From the NCBI GenBank assembly GCA_011109175.1, contig RDEW01000009.1:1291652-1355651 (forward strand): a stretch of 64,000 nucleotides of DNA, given 5' to 3'. The DNA is from Dicyema japonicum (Eukaryota > Animalia > Dicyemida). The notes beneath the pieces are model-generated. The model was not told where the DNA came from. It did not search any database and was given only the letters and a program-made list of their open reading frames with translations. This document shows positions 52,130 through 63,875 of this stretch, piece after piece (positions within the stretch are counted from its first letter, which is position 1; the number at the start of each line of letters is the position of its first letter). The position numbers and the translations under genes were made by a program.

Positions 52130-53440
52130 TAGTATTCAATTTGAAGTAATGATCTCTTGTTGCCCAATGTTCTGGAAAAGCCATCTCCTCATTATAGGTT
52201 TGTTATTCTGTTTCCCTGCAAGCAGTCAGATTAACTCGATAAAATCAGACGTATTCGGGTCAATAACCCCAGACTTCTCAACGGAGATCGGCAAAACGAA
52301 CCGGTCCGTCGTACTCCTTTTCAAATCTTCAGCAGTACTCGCTGCGGAACCTACGTGCAACGATTACTTAAGCAAATTCTCATTGAAGAAAATGTCCTAA
52401 TCAAGACACCTTCCTCGGCTCCATGGCATGGTTATTATGCTTTCCATCACCTCTGTCAAGACTGAAGGGCTCCAGAAGGCAAGTAAACCAGGCGTCTTCG
52501 ATAGCTCTCATGACTGTTGCGTTTTAACATGATGTGACGAAGGAATCTCCTGGAGCTCCGTCTGCATGACATCGGGTGTAGTCCTTTCCTTTCAAACATC
52601 CCACCACATCAGATGTCAAGGCCTAGCCGAAGAACAACTTCAACGCGGATTTTATTCCCATCAAGCAGAGTACCAACTGCCCGTACCGAAAAGGGATTGA
52701 GCCTGGACCCCGAATTCTCAGTGGACGCTGCATTCAGACATGTGCGACGATGGGTATCTGCGGATCTTCCAAGTTAATTTAGCTTTTTTCACAAAGGATT
52801 TCATCCCAGTCCTTTTGAGAGGTAAAGTTCTTCTGAAAACCAAACCTGTTCGCTATCCATTGATGCACAACCAGGTCAAGCACAGGGTCCAAACTCAATC
52901 CGTGGCAGGAATATAAAATTGAGTTGCCCAAGACGCGACAGCATACGAGGGACGATGGGTAGCATGGAATGGCCAAATCGGCAGTAGACCTCACACCAAT
53001 TCCCTCAACCTTATCGGGAGCTTTACTTGGGATCAGCCAGTGCTGTCAAAACTGATATTGAGGATTTCTTCATTCGTCTGTCTGATAAGATCCTGCAGAG
53101 ATATGAGAGAATCAGACTCATGGAAACAAGAGGAACTCCGTAATGAGAAGATCATATTATTATTATTAAACCAGAAAACCACCGTCATATCCAAAATAAA
53201 CAAAATTCAGGTGTTGAGGGAGGTTGGGATCTTGGGAACAAAGTGTTGCTTGTCATTAAAAAGTATATGCTTCAAGAGTTTCGAACCTTTCCGTCATGAG
53301 CCGGAAGGAGTTGACCTTTCTCATCATAAACTTTTCCACACCGAACAAGATTAGAGGCCATCCAAGGAGAACCGTGCCAGAAGACTCAAATATCCTCGCA
53401 TGGCCAGATTCCTTATTGTCTACCACAATGTTGTGTTTGA
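52130..53440 (-). mobile_element. Degenerate CRE-like non-LTR retrotransposon
   Basis: GTVLLGWPL (post-RT) and HVGSAASTAEDLKR...FVLPISVEKSGVI...DFIEL (RLE tail). Confidence 0.55.
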
Positions 53441-53916
53441 CTAGCACCGAGGTTCGGATAGCACTGTCTACCTTGATTGGAACTACTGTGCTTAACTACA
53501 GATTGCACCTTACGAGAACTTTCTGGTGTGGCAAATACCATACTTATTGCATGGTATAAGATAAAGTCTTCGCACTATTTCGTTATCCTCCATACATAGT
53601 CGTGGCAGATCATGGATCCACACCGAGTTGCTAAATAATCAACCGACATGTTCCTTGACTTACAATGTGGGCATGTATTTGTTGTCTTCCATATACGTGT
53701 ACAACGCCTCCGATCGAGCTGAGTTTTCATAATATTTTAGCCATGCTGTCAACGACTTAGGGTCGACGTGTGGGTTGTCCAGTGCTCTGAAGAAGATCTT
53801 ATGAAAGTTTTTTAAGTTGATAATAATAACACCAGAGACCACGATTACACAAACTAAATAATCACGTAATCCCAGCACGCTATAACTGGCACCTCATCTT
53901 GGCCCGATGCTCCTCC

Positions 53917-55345
53917 TTACCCCACACAAGCACGCATCGTCCGAGTGACTGGATCTTCGCAATCACGACGGCGCGTTCCATGGTTCATTCGTATCAAGGC
54001 TTCAAGAGGCATTGGTGGCTGGAACTCTCCAAAAATCCAGCGTTTAGTGATTTTGGAAGCTCTTTTACGGCAAGCCTCGATCTTCAAGATTTTTCGGGTC
54101 AATCTTGTCCATCTTTCCATGCTACACGCCAAACTTTTCATAGCATCCAGATCCTCCCCACTTACGAATTTCCGGTTGATTGCCTTGAGATCCTCATCCA
54201 GCACCACCGGTAGCGTAGATGCGGGCGCCCCGATATTTCTTTCCACTTGCAGCGAAATAGTCTTCCATTGCCAAATTTGCAAGTGATGTAGGGTCCATCT
54301 GTAAGACGTGTCCAAACAGTCTCCATCATGCCTCCACCACATCCCAAGTCACAAGTCGCGTTGAGCACTTTCGGTACAATGCATCATTGTTGATCCGTGC
54401 CGGCCATTGTACCCCGCATAGTATTTGTAATTCCCTTCTGTGGAAGAAATTAAGATTTTTGGTTTCTGAGACCGAGGTCCCCCAGCAGGAAGAGTTATAT
54501 AGCAAGACCGGCTTCACGAAACCATTATAGAGGCGCAAACGAAGCGCGATCGTTACCGGTCTGTTAGCTAACCAATCCATCTTTATCCTGTTCAGTGCGA
54601 CAATTGATATTACTTTCCTCCGAATTATGTCCTCACTGTCCCGAGGAGGGAGCTGAGCTTTCTGGAACGTTTCCATCCCTTTTTTAATCTTGATCCCATG
54701 TGTACGATTTTCACAATTTAAGTGTCAGTTGTATTCACCGTAAGAAAACATTTCCCAAGCTCGGCAACGTCAAATAATCGCTTCAAAGCTGCTTTATCTT
54801 CCGATATGAAATACACATCATCAGCGTATATAATTTCGGTGATTTGTCCATTATAAAAACTTCTAAGACCACGCAGTGCCACCTCCAGGTATACCACAAA
54901 TAGCAAAGGGAATCCCTTCTGGGGTGTATCCACAGTCGTCGAAAAATTTCTAGACGACGTACTCCCAACTTGTACCGTCAGTTCTGTGTTCGACAATAAA
55001 ACTTTTATCATCCTGACAGAATCCCTATTAAGGAATCCCCGCAAAGCATCAATAACTTTCCTCGGCGAATTGTCGAAAGCTTTCGACATGTCGATCCCAA
55101 AAATTGTAGTCGCACTCTCAAATCTTTGGTAAGTGGCACAACGCCACTTATGCCCCCAGACCACATCAGCGGTAGATCTGCTTGTCCTGAGTCCACTGTG
55201 GCTCGATGACAGGAATTTATTCACAGGGTCTTACACACGATCCAGCATCACCAGAGCAAGGACCTCTCTTAGCGTATTGATTAGAATGAATGGGCGCAGG
55301 TTTTCCGCCGGGCCCGCCTTTTTATTTGGTTTTTGAATCGGCACC
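53917..55345 (-). mobile_element. Degenerate 5'-truncated RTE-like LINE
   Basis: GPAENLRPFILIN, RSTADVVWGHKW, DMSKAFD, YADDVYF, LRLYNGFVKPVLLYN and STLPVVLDEDL. Confidence 0.85.
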
Positions 55346-56309
55346 AGATATCAAAAAGAATGCCTAAAAATATAGAGACCACTCAACTTTTTCTTCTTGA
55401 AGATAACGAATAAAAACTGGATATCTTTTTAGTTAAGTATTTTTAAATGCCTATATTCCACTTCACAAAATCAGGTAATAGTTACAGCACTCTAAAAAAA
55501 TATACAAAACGTTGTGATCTCCATATTATTAGACTACAGAAAATATTTTAAACAAAAAATTCTATTTAATTATTGATAAAGTGACATTCACGGAATAATA
55601 ATATTAAATCTCATTGTCCGGATAATTTGTAATCCAGAGACTTTACACATTGTGAAATCAGCAATAAATTCAGTACATTCTAATGCTATTATTCCAACAA
55701 TTAGAGATGTTTTTGTAAGTCCTCATCACAAGATGGGGGAGATTCTAGAAGCGGCATTTCATTATTCCGAAAATCTCGTTGCAAAGACTGAAAATTTTTG
55801 AAGACGAATGTGAAGCAATCAATAATGGATTAAAATTTGTTCCATGAAATCTTTGAAATTACGAAATATAAATGGCTAAAATCTATTTTGGAAAATTGTA
55901 AAACTCACGGTATTGAATCGAAGAAAGTTATGCAGATTTTTAAAGATCAGTTCTATTTCTGTAAAAAGGGATATTGAAAATTATTTTATTAAAAAAATTC
56001 GATGAGAATTATTTAATGGATGTTGTTAAAATGACTAGCAAATCAATAAATCCAATGACACATTGCAACCTTCTAAAATGCCCCGCTACTTCAATGCATT
56101 GGAATTATCCTTCTCCCTTTAGAAAAAAAGAAGTCAAAAGATATAAATTTCAATGAAAACAATATTGAAAAATATTTCATGCTAAATTATAATTTCAAAT
56201 AGTTTTTGTTAATTTCCATACAAAACATCTAAAAATGATTTCTTAGGTTGGTTATTTTTGAGAATGATTTAAAGCCTATATTAAGTTTTTGTGATTTTTT
56301 GTTTACAGT

Positions 56310-56450
56310 TTTGAAGGATCAACGAGAAGAGTCATGGCTGAGACAAAAGATTGAAATGGCCAAACTCCGAGGGAACTCGTTCGCAATCCACGCAGCCGGC
56401 TTCCTTAACTGACATTTGTTTCTTTGTTAAAAAATTATTTTTTGAACAAA
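56310..56450 (+). mobile_element. CRE-like 3' end, copy of 39200-39470
   Basis: Reverse-complement alignment over ~130 bp. Confidence 0.65.
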
Positions 56451-56627
56451 TAAAAAATAATTTGAGAAAAATAATATAATTGTCCTAATTTTTTTAAGAT
56501 GTCCTAATTGTATCATTTTAAAATGTCTTAAAAATTGTCCTATTATTTCTACCCTAATAATTTCTCAAATATACTCTCCTTATTAGTGCCATCACATGGA
56601 AATAATTTTCTCTGAGTACTCCACGGA

Positions 56628-57559
56628 TCATAACATCAATCTCATCATACTCATGGGTTCCAACTGAACAACACCTATGTAGTAACCACCACTTTTCTTA
56701 TCCAAGTCCACTTTCGAGTTCTGTGTCACTCCAAATATAGCTGACGGATCTGTGTGAGTGTCCGCTTGTGTAGTTGTTTTCCTGCAAGCAACCGTTTATT
56801 TCACTTAAAAAAACAAAATTGACATATAAAAGACGATATAACAAAATACAAAAATCAATCACCAAACATATCGTAAGTAGCATCATCACTAGTCTCCTTT
56901 CCCCTGGGGTACAAGTCGACTACAATAGCAGATTCTGTCCTCTCCCCCAACATTTCCCCCATCCTCTCACTAGTATACTGATACACGTCCATTTCCCCCT
57001 CACTCACTAGCAAGTCAGCCAGTTCCGTAAGGCGCAACATTGACTTCTCGTTCCCCTGAGAAAAATCGGTCGTATTCTTCCTCTTCTTCGACCACTGCTG
57101 ACTCGCACTTTTGGATTCTCCACCAAATCTTCGAATTGCTTCCAACACGGATTCGCCGGGGTTTAAAAATTCCCAAATCTCCCGAATGACCTCTTCTCTG
57201 TCCACAGGTTCATCTTTTTCTTCATTCTCCCTACAAGGTTCTCCCTTGGGCTCATAAACCACGCGGTCAATGTTATCCAGCCAATCATCCCGAATTCTCT
57301 TCGCACCTGACATTACGTACATTCCATCTTGGAGAATGAATCCTTCTTCCAATTCGTCGTTCATGTTAAATGGGGTTATCGGAATTCCGTGGATTTTTTC
57401 TTTAGCTTCCCTTTCAATTTCCTCATCACTCTCTTCTGCGTCGTCCTCTTCAAATATATTCACATTCTCTTCTTGGTGCTCAAAATCCTCATCCTCGTAT
57501 GCTCTTATATGGTGAGTTTTATTCTCATCTTCCTTAAACGTTACTCTCTTCACAACCAT
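56628..57559 (-). CDS. CD2BP2: CD2BP2/U5-52K (Lin1/Snu40)-like splicing factor; last exon unresolved
   Basis: ORF 56855-57559 has GIPITPFNMNDELEEGFI, DDWLDNID, LNPGESVLEAIRRFG and LTELADLLVSEGEMDVYQYTSE. A degenerate GYF-like frame (AIFG...SGGYY) ends at 56628, but the splice junction is uncertain. Confidence 0.8.
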
Positions 57560-57899
57560 CAAATTAAATTAAATTAAAATTAATTTTAAAATAATAATTA
57601 AATTAATTATTTAATGAATTATTTATATGATTTTTTAAATATTTTTTTAATTTATAGTATTTATTAACGTTCTGTTTTCTACATCGTATATTATTAACAT
57701 AAAACAAAAAAAGAACCAGCCGAAGGTCATACAGTGAATGACTGTTTGGCTACTTCCTCTCAGGAAGGAGAGCAAGATTTGGTCAAATAACCAGCAGCGC
57801 TCACGGGGATCTACTGTTCGTGTGGAAATCTGATTCCCTAGACGACTCGGAAATTAGACATAGTACATATTTTTATTTAAAATATTAATTATGAAACAT

Positions 57900-58860
57900 G
57901 TATTTAGTAAATCTAACACGTGATACATTGGAAAAATTAGGATCTACTGTGCTACTGGTAACATCGATAATTGCCCTAACTGGAGAGAACGGGCAATAAT
58001 CAAAAGATGTGCCGAACAACGATTGCTTGCAACTAAACCTGAAATTACGCCAGTCATTGCTTATGCTTCAAGAGATCGGTAAATTGTAGATTTGTTGATT
58101 TACGTCGATATTCTTCTCAAAATGAAAACTACTATTGGGGAATTAGTCTGCAAAATATCAGATTATGGTTCTTATAGACTCATTTTCCAAATTTGCTGTT
58201 GTTGAAAGTGCCTTCACAAAATCTGGAAGTGAGAAATCCAGAATTCTAAAAAAATATTTTTTTCTGATTGGACCGCCGATTATCCTACATACGGATAATA
58301 GCAAGGAATTCAAAAATCAACACATGCAAAAATTATGCGATAAATTTGCCATTTCGCATGTTAAAGGACGTCCACGAGCTCCTTAGATACAAGGACAAGT
58401 AGAGCGGTTTTTGTTTTTTTTATCTCAATATATTTAACCAATAAATTAAAAGATAGGTTTCTTCCACGAGTTCATCCAAAGGAAATTTTGGAAGTTATAT
58501 TGACTTCATAAAAGACATTTTACGGGATTATAATAGATCAACCCCCTTGCAAGTATGGACTGTGACAAAAATTAAATAGATTTTTTAAATGGAAATAAAT
58601 AATTTATAGTTGTAAAAAATCCTAGGAATGATCTTTGATATGCATATGTGTTTCTCGCGGGTTGTTTGAAATGTTTTAGACAAATATGAGAAAAAATCAA
58701 CTTGTTAAGTTGGGTTATGGAAAATCGGAAACCATTGCGTACAAAAAACACTTTACTCTCTATACATTGAGCCATGCATTTCATATTTATGTGCCTCATT
58801 TGGACCTTAAATCTCTTTGACTAATGATCAGAAAATAGTGGCTATACAAAAAGGGCTTTT
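57900..58860 (+). mobile_element. Degenerate Ginger/KRBA2-like integrase with DDE core
   Basis: ITPVIAYASRDR*IVD, VLIDSFSKFA, ILHTDNSKEFKN and GRPRAP*IQGQVERF, with stops and frameshifts. Confidence 0.75.
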
Positions 58861-59692
58861 AGAGTGACATAGAAGTGGTCTACGGACAAAAGAACATGAT
58901 GTCGACAACCTTTGAGATTCTATTCCGAAGGAATAACGTATAGGCCTGATCAAACGTGATCAGCAGAAAACCTGACCCAACGAGTTTTTGTAGGATGGAG
59001 GTAGAGCATCGAGCCAAGTTGAGAGTCTGGATTAAATTTTTCGAGATTACTTAGTTTGTTTTTTCGGTTTAACACTGGAATTTAAAAAAAAACAAAAACT
59101 GCCTTTCATGGTTGGCCTATGCAGAAAGATTTCTCGTACCCGTGCTAATGTTATCTCGTCCACTAGTCATTTCATGGACCCTTGAAGTACTCCGTCGAAA
59201 GATATCTTCGTTATAAATTAATCTAGGGTCGAATCCGTGCAACCATCACTTTCTTCAAATGGACCGCGCAAACCGAGTTTCGACGCCTACAGTATTTTGT
59301 AGCAAGCATCTGCCACTACATCACAACCAGCGTCCTGTCACTCCCCACGCCAGAAAGAGCCCCCTGACAGCATCAAATGGTGAAATATTTCTTGTTATAC
59401 GGAATTTCGCCCCCAGTAGCAGTGGCTGGCTCAACTGACGCGCGTGGTGCCATGTGGCGCTTCGTGGCTAATTGGTTGGAGTTTCTGTTTGTTCGTCTGT
59501 TCCTCCTCTCTCTTCCTATTAAAGTGGCATCATGTGATCCACCTGTGTAGGTGGCGCCCAGTGCTAGACTAGCACTAAAAAAGACCATTTGCTCTCCCCC
59601 ACTCCACTGGAGGGGTTTCCACAACTGCAAGTATTGGACGTCGATTCCTGATGGACTCTGTTTCTGTAGTAGTGGAAACTGGGTACACTTAA

Positions 59693-60187
59693 CTATTTGT
59701 TTACTTTTACTTCTTTCTCGGTGTTTCCGGGGTTGTTTAAATAAAGTAAAAAAGGGAATGAGACCTGGTCATCTGATAGACCTGACTTCTTTATCAGTAA
59801 GAGATCAAGTACCTCAATTATAAACCGAATTCTGTATGGAGTACTTCCCGAAGTGGTCCGCCACGTCCTGTTCTTCACCAATCTGATCACATTCGATAAA
59901 AGGTATCCGAAGTACGCCAAATTGCAATCGGGTTTGTCCTCAGGAGGCTGGCTGCCAAGACTACCTCCCGATCAAAGACCAAGGGTCAAATCAAACTAAC
60001 TAATACATTGATCCTGACACATTTCAGCATAACCTTCATCCAAGAACAATGATCCAGAAATCCTTTTCCTAAGGTCAAATCCTACATGTACCCAACGCTT
60101 GATTTGTTCAGTACTTGGGGTTACAAATGCCCCCTGAGTCCATCACCTTAGCATGGTAGCGAGAATAAATAAGACAAAAATTTTCAT
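59693..60187 (-). CDS. Putative orphan secreted protein, 3 exons (introns 60114-60146 and ~59965-60000)
   Basis: MKIFVLFILATML|STEQIKRWVHVGFDLRKRISGSLFLDEGYAEMCQDQCI|SSLGSQPPEDKPDCNLAYFGYLLSNV... The paralog at 16.5-16.8 kb shows synonymous differences in exon 3. The 3' end is uncertain because it runs antisense into a LINE tail. Confidence 0.45.
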
Positions 60188-60417
60188 CCACCATTAAACT
60201 AAATAGACATTCTGTTGAGTAGGATTACAACACCACTCCAAACTTCTAACATTTAACCACTTGGCTAACTGGAGTGAATAAAAAATATTTTTTAAGAAAT
60301 CCAAAATAAAATAATAATAATAATAAAAATATTAAAATTAATTTTTAAAGGTTTTTATTTATTTCAAAATTAATAAAATATTCAAATTAAAAAAATGACA
60401 AATATAGAAATAACAAA

Positions 60418-62453
60418 ATGTTACTATTAATTTTGTTAGTTCAATTTCAAAGCGTTATTTTAAAAAAAGTATAGATTTTTACAATAAAATAGAAAAAATA
60501 TGATGGCGAAGTTAGCACTTCACTATTAAGGATGACGAAGCCAAAAAATTGCCAGGAAATCCTCAAACGAGCAGCTCGTCCTTATTATAACAACTATGGG
60601 ATGCAACCAGTACTTGTGGAGGTCAAAGAGGGGGATGAAATAATACTTGGCTGTCACTACTGCGAGTACGAACTGACAAAAAATAGTAGGAAATTCGTAT
60701 ATTTGTAGTTCCTTGCCCACTTGGATTTCATCTTTACAAGAATCACTGCTATACAGTAGCAAACTCCGTCCCCTATGACAAAGCAGGGGAAGCATGCGTG
60801 ATGTTTGACGCTGATCCTGTTGTTCCCTCAGAAGACACTTTCCCCTACACCCAAGCAGATAGGGACATCTCATTTTGGTCGAAATATACGTTTCGGGGAA
60901 CATACGAGGACTGTAATAATTTTTATATAAAAAGATCCATGTTGTGTGTGGACAAACGGGAAGGAGACCTGCTACGATACATTTGAGGAGTGCTCACAGT
61001 TCAAGCACCACGTGTACTGCCAAAATGACGAAAAACCTCCATTATGTACATTTTGTGACCTATTCTAGTGTGGCACAAGTTCCCAACGAATAACAAATAT
61101 TACTATAGCGACGACCCCCAATCTTTTTGGGGTGATGTCGACTTTACTGGCGAAATTAGGATGGAATACATGCCTCCAGACGTCTACCACATTGATGGTC
61201 GATCATAATCTAATTTTCAGAAGAGAAAAATTTGCATGTAAAATTAAAAAGTGACGTCCACGAGGCATACTTTTGCTATCCAGGTCCTATCATTCCATAC
61301 CTCGTTTTGGATACTTTTCCAAATCCAATAAAAGTGGACTACGAAGAGGACGAGTTCTATGGAGTGACCAACATGAATTTGTACAAGGCTCTGTACATGG
61401 TGAGCATCTTATCCGATAACAAAGAGGTTTTATATTTGTTTTATGATAGCCTGAGATAAATTTGAATTCTACGTTAGAAAATGCTGAAAACTATATCCCT
61501 TTTGACTTTATGGTGGAAAGAACCATTTGGTCCCCTTGGAGTGCCTGTTCAACCTGTTATTTGTTCAGCAATCGAAGTCAATGTTACCAAAATTGTTATA
61601 ACTTAGTTAATTATTCCAATTTCCCATTCTTTGAATCGCCCTATCTTGCCTTGAATGACACTCACTGCGTAAGCTCAGAAAGCAACCACACTTATTTCTG
61701 TACTTTGAATAAATTCACAAATAGCCCCAAAAATCGAAAAGCCAGTAAAATATCGCGTGGGGCAGTGCTACTACGAAATTAGAAGAAAAAGCAGAGAACC
61801 GGGGAAGGAATTGATGGAAAATTTGATTGGAAAGAAAAAAATCCTCTGTAGGTCGTCCCTCCTCAACTTTTACTATGGAAAACAAATAAACTACAGAAAC
61901 TACCTGTACTACGAATTTGAGGACTGCAAAGAAAAGATGTGCCGAGTATTTTCAAATTTAAGTATTTTTAGCCAAAAATAAAGCCAGTGAAGCTTGACAT
62001 TTTGAATATGACTAAGAACATAACTAAATTACTCCGTTTCTTCCCACTTACAGCTACGCTGGTTGAGAAAAACGTGGGAGACGTCCTGTACCTTAAATGT
62101 CCCCACCAGGGACACAATGATAATGTCACGTGGAAGTTCAACAATATTCCTATAAACCCTGAAACCATAGCGATGGAGACAAATGGTTTATCTATGGCTA
62201 ATTGTAGAGCACGTGGTCATTAATAATTTGCAAATGCTTGTCATTTATGAAATTACTTACAACAACATCGGTATTTATTCATGTTCACTGAAAAATGGTA
62301 CAAGCCACAGTTTCAGAATTCAGGTTAGTGTTATGATTATTTGAGGTGAACATTCACCACTTTACTACTGCATTGCGACAATCTTTGGTTGTTGTGCTTT
62401 TTTTAATTGGAATCTCAGTCGTCTTCGGATTTGAATTCTATTTTTCTAAGTAA
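60418..62453 (+). CDS. Type I membrane Ig-superfamily protein: signal peptide, Ig1 (split by a C-type lectin-like module), WSPWSxCSTC Cys-rich region, Ig2, TM; 11 introns of 20-26 nt; two 1-nt indels
   Basis: Introns at 60469-492, 60511-530, 60686-708, 60913-934, 61046-068, 61198-220, 61427-449, 61700-724, 61946-971, 62186-207 and 62324-345. Motifs EVKEGDEIILGC, CPLGFHLYKNHCY, LWHKF, EAYFCY, WSPWSACSTC, RVGQCY, NVGDVLYLKC..VTWKF..IGIYSC and TM LVVVLFLIGISVVFGF. Needs a correction at ~60545 and another at ~60785. Confidence 0.7.
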
Positions 62454-62748
62454 TTTTGTAAAATAAATAAATTATTAATTTATTTATTTTTTAATATATT
62501 TTGTTCATTCTATATGCCGGTGTTTATCAATAAAATATATTTATTATGGGCTCTCATTCTGGATCAATGGTTAATCCTTTACTCACGGAAGCTGCGTTGC
62601 GGATATATAACAACCTTTTCATGATAGCCATAATATTTATAGCTCCGCATAGGCAGGACACAAACTTTATTCAATTAAAGAACAGTTAAATGTAACTAAT
62701 CGTTAAACAAAGAAATGATCTTCACTTCTTTTTTTTCCTTTCTGGACT

Positions 62749-62828
62749 ATCCAGTTCCGTAGTGAATATCCACTGATGACGGCGTCACTCGTCAAGCCTT
62801 TTTACCATCGTATATGCGTGGAATCTTC
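62749..62828 (+). repeat. Dispersed potentially structured element, copy 2
   Basis: Aligns with 14234-14304. Confidence 0.65.
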
Positions 62829-63875
62829 CATCTATATTTTACAAGTTTAAATTGAGAACAAATAAAGTCAAATTTTAAGGTTAAAAATGTTTCCCCTAGC
62901 AATAACTAATTAGTATTTTTATTAAAAAAAATTGTTAAAGGTTTACCAGATTCTCTATATTTGGGATTTTTTACTAAAAGCAACTCAATGTCCCCTTTTT
63001 CGCAGATACTCAAATTATTCCGCTTCTTACTTATATGGTTAAGTAGACTAAATCCTTTCTCAACAAAATATGATGCCGGAAAACATATAAGAAAACTACA
63101 ACAACCCTGCCGCCAAGGAGTAGAGTAATGTATCCATTAGTATACCTCAGCTGAGTCGAACTTCGCACTTTACTAAAGAAACATTTCCTCGCAAATCGTC
63201 AGGGGAAACGCGTTCTCAATATGAGACAGCCAGGTAACGTTCTATTCCATTTGTGTTATTATTAATTTATATAAAATTTTCTTTCATGTGAGTTTTAAGC
63301 GTCGTTTGTTCGTCGTTTGTTGCATAAAAATTGTTATTTTTAGTCACAACTATTTTTTCTATTTTTCATAATCGCTAGACTCTTTTCAGAGGAGTTACAA
63401 GACAAGTGAGTTATTGATGATATTTACTCCCTGCATTACTTATTTCGGTCTTTCAACGTCGATAGCAATTTTTGTTATACAGGAAACATGAGAGTAACAG
63501 AAAATATGAGAGATAATCACTCTTGGCTGCTTCCTTGCGGCTTGAACTATTTGAAAGTGTTCTATTCCTTTTTTCTTACTCCTCCATACTCAAATATAAC
63601 AATCGGAGATTGAAGTTTTCTTTATTAAACTTTTCACCCTCCTATAGATGTCCTCCCACAATGGACCCAGAAAGTCCTTCTCTTACTCGCTCAATACCCT
63701 ATCCAGCTACTTCCAAAGGGCACTGTTAATCGCTGACTTTGAAGTTTTATGGAAGCTATATGTTAAAGTCTTGAATGTGACCTCAAGCATTTTTATTTTT
63801 ATTAAAAATACTAAACAAGAAAATATTAATTATTTTTTAATTTAAATTTGTAAATTTCAGGTGTTATTAATATCA

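Noticed and set aside
30273-58400. Stop-codon reassignment (in-frame TGA/TAG/TAA in XPB, cathepsin and integrase relics)
   Set aside because: In host genes every internal stop falls in a removable tiny intron, Trp is TGG, and genes end in TAA or TGA. The integrase stops are single-base decay.
62771-62800. Hammerhead ribozyme (CTGATGA core)
   Set aside because: There is no GAAA after a stem II, and the CTGATGA is absent from the homologous copy at 14234.
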